The notes: generated from the sequence alone by a model not told the origin. DNA of 64,000 nt from an uncultured Gammaproteobacteria bacterium (GCA_963773065.1 CAVYZN010000032.1:160001-224000), one strand, 5' to 3'; shown: positions 1 to 13,400, counted from the stretch's first letter. Made by a program: numbers and translations.

Positions 1-855
1 GTTGGAACCGCCGCCGACCAGCGCCACGGCCGAGGCGGTGTGATGCGGCGCCCGGTAGGCGCGCCGCCGCCAGCTGGCGGTGCTGATCACATGCCCGCTG
101 ATCGAGGTGATGGCGGCCGCCTCCATGGCTTCCTCTTCGGTCAGTTCCGGGAGGATGCTCGGCAGGCGGCTGGCCAGCAGGGATTTGCCGGTTCCCGGCG
201 GTCCGATCAGCAGCAGGCTGTGGCCGCCGGCGGCGGCGATCTCCAAAGCGCGCCGCGCGTGATGCTGGCCGCGGACATCGGCGAGATCCGGGAGCGGGGT
301 ATCACAGGCGGTGGCGCGCGGTGCTGCCTGGCGCTCCAGCGGGCGCGTTCCCGTCAGGTGGGCGCTGATATCGAGCAGATGATGACCGGCATAGACACTC
401 GCCGTTCTGACCAGCACCGCTTCCGCCACGTTTTCCACGGGGACCACGAGGGCCCGTCCCGCCCGCTGGGTGTGCACTGTCATGGGCAGTATCCCGTGCA
501 CGGGGCGCAGTTCCCCGGACAGGGCCAGTTCACCGGCAAATTCGTAGCGCGGTAAATCCTGTCCCGGAATCTGGCCGGAGGCGGCGAGTATGCCCAGCGC
601 GATCGGCAGATCGAAGCGCCCGCCCTCCTTCGGCAGGTCGGCGGGCGCGAGGTTGATGGTGATGCGGCGCGCCGGAAACGCGAACCGCGAATTCAGCAAC
701 GCCCCGCGCACCCGGTCCTTGCTTTCCTTGACCGCCGTTTCCGGCAGGCCGACGATGGAAAGACCCGGCAGGCCGTTGGAGAGGTGTACCTCGACCGTGA
801 CCAGCGGGGCGTCCATCCCCACCTGGGCGCGGCTGTAGAGTATCGCCAGTGACAT
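1..855 (-). CDS. comM: YifB/ComM family Mg-chelatase-like AAA+ ATPase (runs off window)
   Basis: Manual translation of minus strand from ATG at 855: MSLAILYSRAQVGMDAPLVTVEVHLSNGLPGLSIVGLPETAVKESKDRVR...NLAPADLPKEGGRFDLPIALGIL...GPPGTGKS (Walker A). Confidence 0.93.
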   Translation of the reverse strand, partial: MSLAILYSRAQVGMDAPLVTVEVHLSNGLPGLSIVGLPETAVKESKDRVRGALLNSRFAFPARRITINLAPADLPKEGGRFDLPIALGILAASGQIPGQDLPRYEFAGELALSGELRPVHGILPMTVHTQRAGRALVVPVENVAEAVLVRTASVYAGHHLLDISAHLTGTRPLERQAAPRATACDTPLPDLADVRGQHHARRALEIAAAGGHSLLLIGPPGTGKSLLASRLPSILPELTEEEAMEAAAITSISGHVISTASWRRRAYRAPHHTASAVALVGGGSN

Positions 856-921
856 GGTGTTCCTTCCGTGGTTGTTTGCGTGGTGGCTGGCCACGCGGTG
901 GCTTCATTGCCGGTTATGCCG

Positions 922-1206
922 TCAGGTCTGGTCGTGTCGTTTGTTACCTTGTGGTTCGTTCGGCGGTGTCTGCCCTTCCAGTGTGGCAATCATACTTTCC
1001 AGTTTGTCGAGTTTCTCGCGCGTGCGCGCCAGCAGGCGTGACTGTACATCGAACTCCTCGCGCGTCACCAGGTCCAGTTTCGACAATGTCGCCTGCAGGA
1101 TGCTGCGCAGGTTTTTTTCCACGTCCTGCTGGATTTCCCGGACGCCGGGCGGAACGGCATCGGCCAAGCGCCTGGCAAGGTCATCTAGGAATTTGGTGTC
1201 AATCAT
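922..1206 (-). CDS. ubiK: Ubiquinone biosynthesis accessory factor UbiK (YqiC/BMFP family)
   Basis: LSKLDLVTREEFDVQSRLLARTREKL motif; usual position between comM and glnK. Confidence 0.88.
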   Translation of the reverse strand: MIDTKFLDDLARRLADAVPPGVREIQQDVEKNLRSILQATLSKLDLVTREEFDVQSRLLARTREKLDKLESMIATLEGQTPPNEPQGNKRHDQT

Positions 1207-1300
1207 TTCGATCACCATAGACCAAGCCGTTGAGGTGTGTCCAGTGAGGCGTGAACCGATGCCCCGATGAAGTGCGTTTGTTGGTTATATGCATCATCAA

Positions 1301-1396
1301 GCGCCCCATAATGGCGCATCGTTTATTATGGTAGTTCTCGGCATTACTGCAAGCAACTGTTTATTAATTAATTATTATTGTGGCACGCTGATTGCT
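1301..1396 (+). promoter_or_regulatory. Sigma-54 promoter with upstream NtrC-like site for torF-glnK-amtB
   Basis: TGGCAC-N5-TTGC at 1381-1395; GCGCCCCATAATGGCGCA at 1301-1318 resembles the NtrC consensus TGCACC-N5-TGGTGCA; AT-rich spacer between them. Confidence 0.8.
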
Positions 1397-1511
1397 TTTG
1401 TCGGCTTGTGAGCCAAAACAGCAACAACGCCTTGCGTTCTGTTCACGGCGGCAAGGGTTACTTTCTTTCGAAGAACGCTTTTCAGCTAACACCTTAACAG
1501 GAGTCTATGAC

Positions 1512-2221
1512 ATGAACACCTTTACCAAGACCTTGACCGCGGCGGCGCTGGCGACTGTTTCCGGCTTCGTCGCGGCGGCGGATGACATCGCCGCCAACGT
1601 CTCGATGGCGAGCGACTACATCTGGCGTGGCGTTTCCCAGACCAATGAGAAGCCGGCCATTCCAGGGGGTTTCGATTACAGCCACGACTTCGATCCGATC
1701 ACCTGGTATGTCGGTACCTGGGGCAGCAACATCGATCCGACCTTCTTCGGCGGCATCCACAGCCCCACCATGGAACTGGACCTCTATACCGGCATCTCCG
1801 GCAAGAAGGACGACTTCAGCTATAACGCGGGCTGGTTGCGTTACTTCTATCCGGGCGGTTCTTCCAATGCCACGACCGAATGGAAGGTCGGCGGTGGCTG
1901 GAAGTGGTTCGGGGTGGAGTACTACTACAGCAAGGACTGGTTCGGTACGAGCGACAACTCGAGCCGCATCGAAGGCTCATTCAACTATGCGCTGCCTTAT
2001 GAGATCGCCCTGTCGGCCGTCGTTGGCAACAACTACGGCGACGGCACCGAGGATTTCTTCACCGACAGCTACGTCGACTGGAAGCTGGGGGTGAGCAAGA
2101 AGTGGCTGGGCGTCAACTGGGGCCTGGCCTATACCGACACCAACATTGATAAGGAGGACTGCGGCAACTCGGATCTGTGCGACGCCCACTATGTGGCTTC
2201 CCTGAGCAAGGAAGTTTCTAA
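1512..2221 (+). CDS. TorF family putative porin (TIGR02001-like)
   Basis: Signal peptide, SDYIWRGVSQT...GGFDY and ELDLYTG motifs; probable true end KEF* near 2221 masked by an indel. Confidence 0.85.
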
Positions 2222-2614
<393 letters not shown>

Positions 2615-2645
2615 TCTCAATCCATCAGCAGAAGAGGAGAGCATT

Positions 2646-3976
2646 ATGTTTAAGCAGATCAAGGGGCGTTCAGGCGCCCTGATGGTGGGATTACTCGGCC
2701 TGCTGCCATCCCTGGCGATGGCCGAGAACGCCCCCCCACCTTGAATTCCGGTGATACCGCCTGGATGCTGACGTCAACCGCACTGGTGCTGTTCATGACC
2801 ATTCCGGGCCTGGCGCTGTTCTATGGCGGCATGGTGCGTGCCAAAAACGTGCTGGCGACACTGATGCAGTGCTTCGCCGTCACCTGTCTGGTCACGGTGC
2901 TGTGGACGCTGTATGGCTACAGCATGGCCTTTGACACGACGGGTATGGAGAAGGGCGTCACGAACCTCTATTCGTTCGTCGGCAGCCTCAACAAGGCATT
3001 TCTGAGCGGCGTAGGTCTGGATAGCCTGACCCTCACCATTCCTGAAACGGTGTTTATGTGCTTCCAGATGACCTTCGCGATCATCACCCCGGCGCTGATC
3101 GTGGGCGCCTTCGCGGAGCGCATGAAGTTCTCGGCGCTGCTGTGGTTCATGGGCATCTGGTTCACCGTCATCTACGCGCCGATTGCGCACATGGTGTGGA
3201 GCGGCGACGGCGGCCTGCTGTGGGATCTGGGCGTGCTGGACTTCGCCGGCGGCACCGTGGTGCACATCAATGCCGGTATCGCGGGGCTGATGGCATGCCT
3301 GGTGATGGGCAAACGCAAGGGTTACCCCACCACCGCCATGCCGCCGCACAACCTGGGCTATACCGTGATGGGCGCCTCGATGCTGTGGGTCGGCTGGTTT
3401 GGCTTCAATGCGGGCAGCGCGGTGGCCGCAAACGGCACCGCGGGCATGGCCATGGCCGTGACGCAGATCGCCACGGCAACAGCGGCGCTGGCGTGGATGT
3501 TCGCGGAGTGGATCTCGCATGGCAAGCCCAGCGTGCTGGGTATCGCTTCCGGCGCGGTCGCCGGTCTGGTCGCGATCACGCCGGCCTCGGGTTTCGTCGG
3601 TCCGATGGGCGCGCTGGTGATCGGCGTTGCCGCCGGCGTCGGCTGCTACCTCGCCGCCGCCAAGCTCAAGCGCGCACTCGGCTACGATGACTCGCTCGAC
3701 GTGTTCGGCGTGCACGCGGTCGGGGGTATCATCGGCGCGCTGCTCACCGGCGTATTCGCCGCGGCGAGCTTGGGCGGCTCCAAGGCCGATCTCGACATCG
3801 GCGGCCAGGTCTGGATACAGACACTGGGCGTGCTGTTCACCCTGGTGTACTCGGGCATCGGCAGCTTCATCATCCTGAAGATCGTCGATGTGATCATCGG
3901 TCTGCGGGTCACGGAGGAACAGGAAACCGAAGGTCTGGATGTCAGCCAGCACGACGAGCGAGGTTATATCCTGTAA
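2646..3976 (+). CDS. amtB: Ammonium transporter (indel in poly-C near 2735)
   Basis: GDTAWMLTSTALVLFMT, DFAGGTVVHINAG and DDSLDVFGVH motifs. Confidence 0.96.
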
Positions 3977-3994
3977 CACCGTATCACCAACGGG

Positions 3995-4026
3995 AAAACG
4001 ACGGGCGCTACGGCGCCCGTTTTTTT
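3995..4026 (+). terminator. Rho-independent terminator after amtB
   Basis: ACGGGCGC-TACG-GCGCCCGT hairpin followed by a T tract. Confidence 0.8.
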
Positions 4027-4063
4027 GCATCCATGGATGGATGCAGGTCGCGGTAGGCAGGGA

Positions 4064-4282
4064 CGATGCATAGGGATATGCAAGTGTCGCGGGAGGCAGG
4101 ATGCCGGGAGCGGCGGCCGGGAGCGACCCTTCAACGACGCGATGTGGGTTGTAAGTGTCGGGAGCGATGAGCCGTAAGGGAAGGCCGCTCCGGACATCCT
4201 CGGTAACTGCTCCTGCGTTACCCTACCTCCTGCATCCCTGCAGTCGTGTCCTCACGCGGCACTCGTACATCCATGTACATCG
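4064..4282. repeat. Dispersed MITE-like repeat (inverted pair of units), homologous to 48392-48492
   Basis: Reverse complement of 4197-4282 aligns with 48392-48492 (CGATGTACA..GCAGGGATGCAGGAGGTAG..CGCAGGAGCAGTTACCGAGGA); a related unit starts at 4064 on +. Confidence 0.75.
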
Positions 4283-4432
4283 TAGGCACGGTCGTTCTCG
4301 CACTTCCGTGTGCTTCGCGACACTCGGACCTTCTGTCCATCGCCGGGCACCCTATATAGGAAATGAGAGTTTGAATCACTATACTGCGTTGTGCATCTCC
4401 CAAGACCCAGCGGTAACCACAAGGACACAACG

Positions 4433-6555
4433 ATGGGAAAAGTGTTGAAAGTCATCTTAGGCTTGGTAGCGGTTGCCATCGGATTAATCATCGTGCTGGC
4501 AGTAGCGCTGCCATTCATCATCGATCCGAATGATTACAAGGACCAGATCGCGGCGGCGGTGAAAGACAAGACCGGTCGCACCCTGACCATAGACGGTGAT
4601 ATCAACCTGTCCGTGTTCCCCTGGCTGGGGCTGGATATCGGTCCCACGCGCTTGAGCAACGCGGAGGGCTTCGGCGAGCAGCCTATGGCCAGCATGGAAA
4701 AGGTGCAGGTGCGCGTAAAATTGCTTCCGCTGCTGCACAAGCAGATGGAGATGGACACACTCAGGCTGTCCGGCCTGCGCCTGCAGCTTGGCAAGGATGT
4801 CAGCGGCCGCAGCAACTGGGATGATCTGCGGGGTGAACCCGGCGAGCAAACGCAAACCGGCGCGCAGCAGCCGGGCGAAGCGGCGGGCAGTCCTCTCGCC
4901 GGTCTGGCAATCGGCGGTGTGGAGGTGGCCGATGCCGAAGTGCTGTGGGATGACCGCGCCGCCGGGACGCGTTACGAGATCAACGACCTGGCATTTACCA
5001 CCGGCGCCATCGATCCCGGTGAACCGTTCGATATCGATCTGCATTTCCGCATGAACGCCAGGGAGCCCGCCATTGCCGGGGAGATAACACTGCGCGGCAA
5101 GATCCTGGTGGCCACATCATTGCGTGCTATCAACATGGACGGCGTTGATCTGAATGTCGACCTGCAGGGTGAAGGCGCGCCCGGCGGCCGGCTGCGGCTT
5201 TCGCTGGATGACCGATATCGCCGTCGATCTCGATCGGCAAACGCTGCAGATGCCGAAGCTGGCGCTGGAGACGCCGGGGCTCAAAATCACCGGCAATGCC
5301 AGCGGCACCGGGATCAGCGGCGAGGATCCCCGTTTCACCGGCGCGCTGAGTGTGGCGGAATTTGTGCCGCGTGATCTCATCAAGGCGCTGGGCCAGAAGC
5401 CGCCGGTCACCGCGGACAGCACGGTGCTGGGCAAGGCCGGCGCCGCGTTGCAATGGGAGGCCATCGAAGCGCCAAGCGTCAGCCACGTCCCTGCAGTTCC
5501 AGCTCGATGACACGCACGTGAACGGCAAGCTGCGCGTGGACAATTTCGCCAAGCCCGCGATTGACTTCGCCTTGCAGGCCGACCAGTTCGACCTGGATCG
5601 CTACCTGCCGCCGCCCGCCAAAGAGGCGCAGGCGGCCGCCGCCACGCCCGCCGCCACCGCGGCAGGTGGGGCGGGCGCCTTGCCGGTCGAGACCCTGCGC
5701 GGCCTGAACCTGGCCGGCAGCGTGAAAATTGGCAGGCTGAAGGCCTTTAATCTACGCTCCACGGACATCGAGTTCACGCTCAAATCCCAGGACGGCTTGC
5801 TGCGCGTGCACCCGGCCGTCGCCCGGCTGTACCAGGGGCAATACAGCGGGGACATCAGCATGGATGTGCGGGGAACTACCCCGCGTCTTTCCATGAATGA
5901 GCACGTGAAGACCATCCAGGCCGGGCCGTTGCTCAAGGATCTGACCGGCGATGACAAGATGAGCGGCACCGGCACCGTCGATGTCCAACTGGCCGGCAGC
6001 GGGACGACACCGGAGCAACTGCGCCGCACCCTGAATGGCAACGCCGCGTTTTCCTTCACCAACGGCAGCGTCAAGGGGGTGAACATCGCCTCCCTGCTGC
6101 GCAATGCCCAGGCAAAGCTCCAGGGACAGCCGCTGCCCGCGGACAACCAGCCCAATCAGACCGACTTCGCCGAGCTGCGGGGAACCGCGACCGTGACCGA
6201 TGGCGTGGTCAGGAACAACGATCTGTCCGTCAAGTCACCGCTGCTGAGAATCAACGGTGAAGGCCAGGCGAGCCTGCCCGCCGAGACCATTGATTACCTG
6301 TTGACGACCAAGATCGTCGGTTCCCTGAAAGGTCAGGGGGGCAAGGCGCTCGATGAGCTGAAGGGCGTCGCGATCCCGGTGCGCATCGGCGGAACCTTCA
6401 ACAAGCCGACCTACACGCCGGATCTCGCCGCCGCACTCGGCGACGTCGCCACGGAAAAGGCGAAGGAGAAGATCGAAAAGAAGACACAGAAGCTGCTGAA
6501 GGACAGGCTCGGCGATGAATCCACCAAGCAGTTGCTGAAGGGCTTGTTCAAATAG
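4433..6555 (+). CDS. asmA: AsmA family protein (two apparent sequencing frameshifts)
   Basis: N-terminal anchor plus DPNDYKDQIAAAVKDKTGRTLTIDGDINLSVFPWLG; C-terminal TDFAELRGT...NNDL; synteny with mutY. Confidence 0.88.
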
Positions 6556-6569
6556 ACAGGCGGCCGGCA

Positions 6570-7124
6570 GTGCGCCTGATCCTGTGTGCGCTGCTGCTGG
6601 CGCCGCTCCTCGGCCACGCCGGTGGCGTGCTGGAGTCGTCCGTAACCTATCATGAGGGCGTATATTCGCTGTCCCTCGAGGCGCGCATCGACGCCCCGGT
6701 GGCCATGGTCTACCGCCTGATCACGGACTATGATCACCTCTCCGACATCAATCCGGCCATCAAGTACAGCCGGGTCCTGCGTACCGATAGCCCGGTAAAA
6801 CACCGTATGCGCAGCGTCACCCGCGTCTGCGTCCTGTTTTATTGCCGGGAGGTAACCCAGGTGCAGGACATGACGCAGCAGGCTGATTACGGTATTGATG
6901 CGCTGATCCTGCCGCAGGGAAGCGACTTTCGCCGTGGCCGCGCGCACTGGCGGCTCAAGGCTTCCGGCGATGCCACCCTGATGCATTTCGATGCCGAACT
7001 GGTACCGGATTTCTATATCCCGCCGCTGATCGGGCCTTGGCTGATCCGGCGTGAAATGGTCGGCCAGATAACGGAAATAATCAGGATCATCGAAGACCGC
7101 TACCAGCGGCGGAAATCGTCATGA
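6570..7124 (+). CDS. SRPBCC/START-like secreted protein
   Basis: Signal peptide, IDAPVAMVYRLITDYDHL, PDFYIPPLIGPW. Confidence 0.65.
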   Translation: MRLILCALLLAPLLGHAGGVLESSVTYHEGVYSLSLEARIDAPVAMVYRLITDYDHLSDINPAIKYSRVLRTDSPVKHRMRSVTRVCVLFYCREVTQVQDMTQQADYGIDALILPQGSDFRRGRAHWRLKASGDATLMHFDAELVPDFYIPPLIGPWLIRREMVGQITEIIRIIEDRYQRRKSS

Positions 7125-8186
7125 TGCCCAGGGATTTCAGTGGCCGGATACTCGACTGGTTTGACGTGCCATGGCCGCAGGGATCTTCCCTGGCAGGCAA
7201 ACCCCACGCCCTACCGCGTCTGGGTCTCGGAGATCATGTTGCAGCAGACCCAGGTGGCCACGGTCATTCCCTACTATGAGCGCTTCCTGGCGCGCTTTCC
7301 CGATGTGCATGCCCTGGCCGGCGCGAGCCCCGACCAGGTGCTGCACTACTGGTCGGGTCTGGGGTACTACGCGCGGGCGCGCAATCTGCATGCCGGTGCG
7401 CGCCTCGTCGCCGCGCGGTTTCGGGGCGGTTTCCCCGAAGACCTCGACGAGGCGATGGCGTTGCCCGGCATCGGCCGTTCCACCGCCGGGGCGATCCTGT
7501 CCCTGGCGTGCGGGCAGCGCCATGCCATACTGGACGGTAACGTGAAACGGGTGCTGGCCCGTTTCCACGCGGTGGAAGGCTGGCCGGGGCAGGCGTCCGT
7601 GCAGAAAAAGCTCTGGGCGCTGGCCGAGCGCCACACGCCGCCTACCCGCGTGGCGGACTACACCCAGGCGATCATGGATCTCGGCGCGACGCTGTGCACC
7701 CGGGGGCAACCCGCGTGCGGACAGTGTCCGCTCGCGCCGGACTGCAAGGCCCATGCCGCGGGACGACAGCGGGACTTCCCGGCGGCGCGCCCGCGCAGGG
7801 ATCTGCCGGTACGCAAGACGCGCCTGCTGCTCCTCAGTAACGAGGCTGGGGGAATACTGCTGGAGCAGCGTCCGCCGGCCGGTATCTGGGGCGGGCTGTG
7901 GAGTCTCCCCGAGGTGGCGCACGGACAGCCGCTGGATGCCTGGTGCCGCGAGCACATGGGACTGCGCGTGCGCGTAATCGAGGAATGGCCGTGCGTGCAG
8001 CATACCTTCAGCCATTTTCATCTGGAGATTACGCCGGTGCTGGCGCTGGCGGAGGCGCCGGCGGATGGCGTAAGGGAAGGGCGTAACCGGTTCTGGTTTA
8101 ATCCGGAGAACGCGGATGAGCGGGGTCTTGCGGCGCCGGTGGAACGGCTGCTGCGGCGTTTTAATCAACGACGGAAAAAGGAGTAG
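7121..8186 (+). CDS. mutY: A/G-specific adenine glycosylase (indel near 5' end)
   Basis: [28 protein letters not shown] (HhH) and C-X6-C-X2-C-X5-C 4Fe-4S motif. Confidence 0.96.
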
Positions 8187-8190
8187 CGCC

Positions 8191-8469
8191 ATGAGCCGAA
8201 TGGTGAAATGCGTCAAGCTGGGAAAGGAAGCCGAAGGACTGGATGCGCCGACCTATCCCGGCGAACTGGGGCGGCGGATTTTCGAGCACGTTTCGAAGGA
8301 GGCCTGGCAGCTCTGGCTGCGCCACCAGACCATGCTGATCAATGAAAACCGCATCACGCCGGTGGATCCCAAGGCGCGCAAGTTTCTGGAGCAGGAGATG
8401 GAAAAGTTTTTCTTCGGCGGCGGCTCGACGCTTCCCGGCGGGTTCGTGTCGCCGGATACCTTGAAGTGA
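8191..8469 (+). CDS. yggX: Fe(II)-trafficking / oxidative damage protection protein
   Basis: [44 protein letters not shown]. Confidence 0.94.
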   Translation: MSRMVKCVKLGKEAEGLDAPTYPGELGRRIFEHVSKEAWQLWLRHQTMLINENRITPVDPKARKFLEQEMEKFFFGGGSTLPGGFVSPDTLK

Positions 8470-8589
8470 TGGGTGTTCGCGATGTCAAGGAACTCCCCGG
8501 CCATGACCGGCGCTGTTTCCGCCCTCACTGCGATGGATTATCAACAGACTGTTCATTCCACCCGCCAGGGTAAATAATACCGTCCCGCC

Positions 8590-8618
8590 TTGACTCGCCA
8601 TGGGTCTGCGGCTTTAAT
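8590..8618 (+). promoter_or_regulatory. Sigma-70 promoter of tRNA-Phe
   Basis: TTGACT-N17-TTTAAT immediately upstream of the tRNA. Confidence 0.7.
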
Positions 8619-8628
8619 ACACACCCCC

Positions 8629-8704
8629 GGCCAGGTAGCTCAGTTGGTAGAGCAGGGGACTGAAAATCCCCGTGTCGGCGGTTCGATTCCGTCCCTGGCC
8701 ACCA
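8629..8704 (+). tRNA. tRNA-Phe (GAA)
   Basis: GGCCAGG acceptor stem, anticodon loop CTGAAAA, GGTTCGATTCC T-arm, 3' ACCA; 76 nt. Confidence 0.98.
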
Positions 8705-9149
8705 TATTTCCAGTCACTTACGTCATTTGCAAACGTTACGGTATTTCCCCTCGCGGGAGTTTTGCAGGGAGCTATCTCACGCTCAGTCATCAGCCCACGT
8801 CGTTCTCACCGCTCGCAACTCCACGCCCCTTAGTGGGTTCTATACTGATATCACCGCCTCAGCCTTTCAGTCGATCCGCGACTGTTGGAGCCCGACATGT
8901 CTGGCAGATGAAAGCGACGCAAAAAATTCTTCAGCGTGTCGATTTTACGGGACCTCGTTCGTCTACAGTTAGAGCGAGGGTCAGAATCCGTCCGGGATTA
9001 TCCGGAAGCCTGGCTCGAAATCCAAGCAACAAGGGGAAGTTACGATGCGATTCATGATTATCGTCAAGAGGAGGAAGGGGGAGGAGGAGATGAATGCGTT
9101 AGAAAGGAAGGGTTAGAGGCGGCGTGTGGCCCGCTCGTGGATTAACGAC

Positions 9150-10427
9150 ATGAATGCCGACCTCATCAGGCACGAACTAGCAGGAATCAAACCGTCTTTG
9201 AATTTCATCGCCGCATTGGCGCTGGTGTTATCGATAGGTACGCTCGGAGGCTGCAAACAAGGGGGCGGCACCCAGGCCCCGCAGATGCCGCCTCCTGCCG
9301 TCAGCGTGGCTGAAGTCATCACCAGAGAAGTGACGCAGTGGGATGAGTTCACCGGCCATATCGAGGCCGTGGAGACAGTCCGTATCCAGCCGCGGGTGGC
9401 GGGTTATCTAGAGACGGTCAACTTCCAGGAAGGCAAGGAGGTGAAGAAGGGAGACGTACTGTTCGTCATCGACCAACGCCCTTTCCAAGCCGAACTCGCG
9501 CGCGCCACGGCCGAACTCGCGCGCGCGCAAACGCGCTCCGAACTTGCCCGGGCCCAGGCATCGCGCGCCAAGAAACTCTTGGAACGGCACCTGACCTCAG
9601 AAGACGAATACGATGAACGCACCGCCGCGGACGCACAGGCCAAGGCCGATGTTCGCGCCGCCGAGGCGGCGGTCGAGGTCGCCCGTCTCGATCTTCAATA
9701 CACGGAGATCCGCTCGCCCATCGACGGCCGCACCAGTCGACGCCATCGTGACACCGGGTAATCTGGTGGCGGGTGGCGAAATGGTGCCCGATGCGACCTT
9801 GCTCACCACGGTGGTGTCGCTGGACCCGGTATACGTGTACTTCGAAGCGGACGAACAGACCTATCTCCGTTACGGCGCCATGGCGCGCAACGGCGAACGG
9901 CCGGGTTCGCGCGAGGTCGCGAACAAGGTCATGGTTGGATTGGCCAACGACGAGAATTTTCCGTACGAAGGACAGCATGGACTTCATCGATAATCAAGTC
10001 GATCCCGCGACCGGTACGATCCGCGCCCGCGCCGTGCTCGACAACAAGGAGCGCATCTTCACCCCTGGCCTGTTCGCGCGCATCAAGCTGGCCGGCAGCG
10101 GCAAGTTCCCGGCCGTGCTGATGGACGATAAAGCCGATCCTCACTGACCAGGACCGGAAGTATGTTTATGTGCTCGGGCCTGACAAGACCGCGCAGCGCC
10201 GCGACGTTAAGATCGGCCGCAAGGCCGAGGGCCTGCGCATCGTGACCGATGGCCTGACAGCCGGAGACAAGGTGATCGTGCATGGCGTGCAGAAGATCTT
10301 CTTCCCCGGCATGCCGGTGATGCCACAAACGATCATCATGGGCGACCCGCCGCCGTCGCCCGGACCGCCGGCCGCCGCGAGTGGTGAGTCGGGGCCGGCG
10401 AGTACGGTCCAGCCGCCTGGCACATGA
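9150..10427 (+). CDS. RND efflux membrane fusion lipoprotein (MexE/OqxA-like; frameshifted in assembly)
   Basis: Lipobox LGGC, WDEFTGHIEAVETVRIQPRVAGYL, FIDNQVDPATGTIRARA. Confidence 0.88.
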
Positions 10428-13400
10428 AAGATTTTTCCGCTCTGTTCATCGACCGGCCGATCTTGGCGGCGGTGCTTTCGATCATCATCTTCGCGGTGGG
10501 ACTGATTGCCATACCGCTGTTGCCGATCACGGAATATCCCGACGTCGTGCCGCCATCGGTTCAGGTGCGCGCGGTCTATCCGGGCGCTAATCCGAAGGTG
10601 ATCGCCGAGACGGTCGCCACGCCGCTCGAGGAGGCGATCAACGGCGTCGAGAACATGATCTACATGAAGTCGATCGCCGGCGTCCGACGGCGTGATGCAG
10701 TTGACCGTCACGTTCAAACCGGGCACCGACATCGATCTCGCCCAGGTGCAGGTGCAAAACCGCGTGAGTCAAGCGAGCGCGCGCCTGCCCGAGGACGTGC
10801 GCCGGCTCGGGGTCACCACGGAAAAGCAGTCACCCAATTTGACCATGGTGGTGCATCTGTTGTCGCCGGATCAAACCTACGACGCCTTGTACTTGCGCAA
10901 CTACGCCACCCTGCGCATCAAGGATGAGCTGGCGCGTTTGCCCGGCGTCGGTCAGGCGCATGATCTTCGGCGGCGGCGACTATTCGATGCGCATCTGGCT
11001 GGACCCCAACAAGGTCGCGGCACGCGGCATGACAGCCGGCGATGTCGTCCGAGCCGTCCGCGAGCAGAACGTGCAGGTCTCGGCCGGCACGATCGGCGGG
11101 CCTCCACAGCCGGGCGCCAGCGACTTGACGCTCTCGATCAACGCGCAAGGCCGGCTCGTCACCGAAGAGGAGTTCGCCAACATCATCATCAAGACCGGCG
11201 CAAACGGCGAGGTCACGCGCCTGCGCGACGTTGCGCGTATCGAGCTCGGCGCCGTCGGAATACGCATTGCGCTCATTGCTCGACAATCAGCAGGCCGTCG
11301 CAATCGTCATCTTCCAGGCGCCAGGCTCCAACGCCATCGCCTTGTCGGACAGCGTCCGCGCCAAGATGCAAGAGCTGGATCGCTTTTTCCCCAGCGGGTG
11401 TGACATGGGACGTGGTCTACGACCCGACCGTATTCGTGCGCGACTCCATCAAGGCGGTGGTCACGACGCTACTGGAGGCCGTGCTGCTGGTGGTGCTGGT
11501 GGTCATCCTGTTCCTGCAGACCTGGCGCGCCTCCATCATTCCGCTGCTCGCGGTGCCGGTGTCGATCATCGGCACTTTCGCGGTACTGCTGGCGCTGGGC
11601 TTTTCGATCAACACGCTGACCTTGTTCGGCATGGTGCTCGCCATCGGCATCGTCGTCGATGACGCCATCGTGGTGGTCGAGAACGTGGAGCGTAACATCG
11701 GCAACGGACTCACGCCGAAGGCGGCCGCGCACCAGGCGATGCGCGAGGTGAGCGGACCGATCATCGCCATCGCGTTGGTGCTGTGCGCGGTATTCGTGCC
11801 GATCGCGTTCCTCTCCGGCGTGACGGGTCAGTTTTTCCGCCAGTTCGCGGTGACCATCGCCATTTCGACCGTGATCTCGGCGATCAATTCGCTGACCCTT
11901 TCCCCCGCGCTGGCCGCCGTGCTGCTGCGCGCGCATGGCGCACCGCCGGATCGCTTCACCCGCTTGTTGAATGCGCTGTTCGGCTGGGTGTTCCGGCCGT
12001 TCAATCGTTTCTTTAACGGCGCCGCCCACGCCTATGCGGGCGGTGGGCAGCGGGCGATCCGGCATGCGCCGCTCATGCTCGCACTGTACGCGGTGTTGAT
12101 CGCCTGGCACGATGGTGATGTTCCGTGCCGTACCCGGCGGATTCATTCCGACTCAGGACAAGCTCTATCTTATCGGAGGCCTGAAGCTGCCCGAGGGCGC
12201 CTCGTTGGATCGCACCGAGGCCGTGGTGCGCAAGATGAGCGATATGGCGCTATCGACCGATGGCGTCATCGATGCGGTGGCGTTTCCTGGACTCAATGCG
12301 CTGCAGTTCAGCAATACGCCCAATACGGGCACGATCTTTTTTGGTCTGAAAAGTTTCGATCGGCGGCACCGGCCGGCAACCGAGATCGTCGCAGAGCTCA
12401 ACGGGCAAGTTCTCATCCATACAAGAGGGATTTGCCTTTGCGTTCATGCCGCCGGCGATCCTCGGCATAGGCACCGGCTCGGGTTTCTCGCTGTACGTGC
12501 AGGACCAGGCGGGTCTGGGCTACGGTGAGTTGCAAAATGCCGCGGGCGCGCTGATCGGTGCGCTATCGCAAAGTACCGGGCATGGGTTTCCCGGTCACGT
12601 CCTATCAGGCCAACGTGCCGCAGCTCACCGCTGAAATCGATCGCATCAAGGCCAAGACCCAGGGGATTGCGATCACCGATTTATTCGAATCGTTGCAGGT
12701 CTATCTGGGTTCGGTCTACGTGAACGACTTCAGCCGCTTCGGCCGCACCTACCAGGTCTATGCGCAAGCGGACGCGGCGTTCCGCGATCAGGTCGAGGAC
12801 ATCGGTGTTCTGCGCACCCGCAATCAGGCCGGGGAGATGGTTCCGATCGGCAGTGTCGTAAAGGTCGGTCAGACCTACGGTCCGGATCCGGTGATCCGCT
12901 ACAACGGCTATCCCGCGGCCGATCTGCTGGGAGAGGCGGACCCGCGTGTCATGTCATCCGATCAGGCCATCGCCGCGATTAGCGACATGGCGCCGCGGGT
13001 GCTGCCCGCCGGCATGGGTTACGCGTGGACCGATCTGAGTTTCCAAGAGGTCAATGAGGGTAAGGCCAACCTCGTGGTATACCCGCTCTGCGTGTTGCTG
13101 GTATTCCTGGTGCTGGCGGCGCTTTACGAGAGCTGGACGTTGCCATTGGCCGTGATCCTCATCGTGCCGATGTGCATGCTCTCGGCGCTCTTCGGCGTTT
13201 GGTCCAGCGGCGGCGATAACAACATCTTCGTGCAGATCGGTTTAGTGGTCTTGATGGGGCTCGCGTGCAAGAACGCTATCCTCATCGTCGAGTTCGCCCG
13301 CGAGCTGGAGCATCAGGGCCGCGGACTCATCGAGGCGGCGCTTGAGGCGTGCCGCTTGCGGCTGCGGCCGATCGTGATGACCTCGGTGGCTTTCATCGCC

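Noticed and set aside
8705-9149. Integrase or prophage at tRNA-Phe
   Set aside because: No recombinase or phage-like ORF is recognisable.
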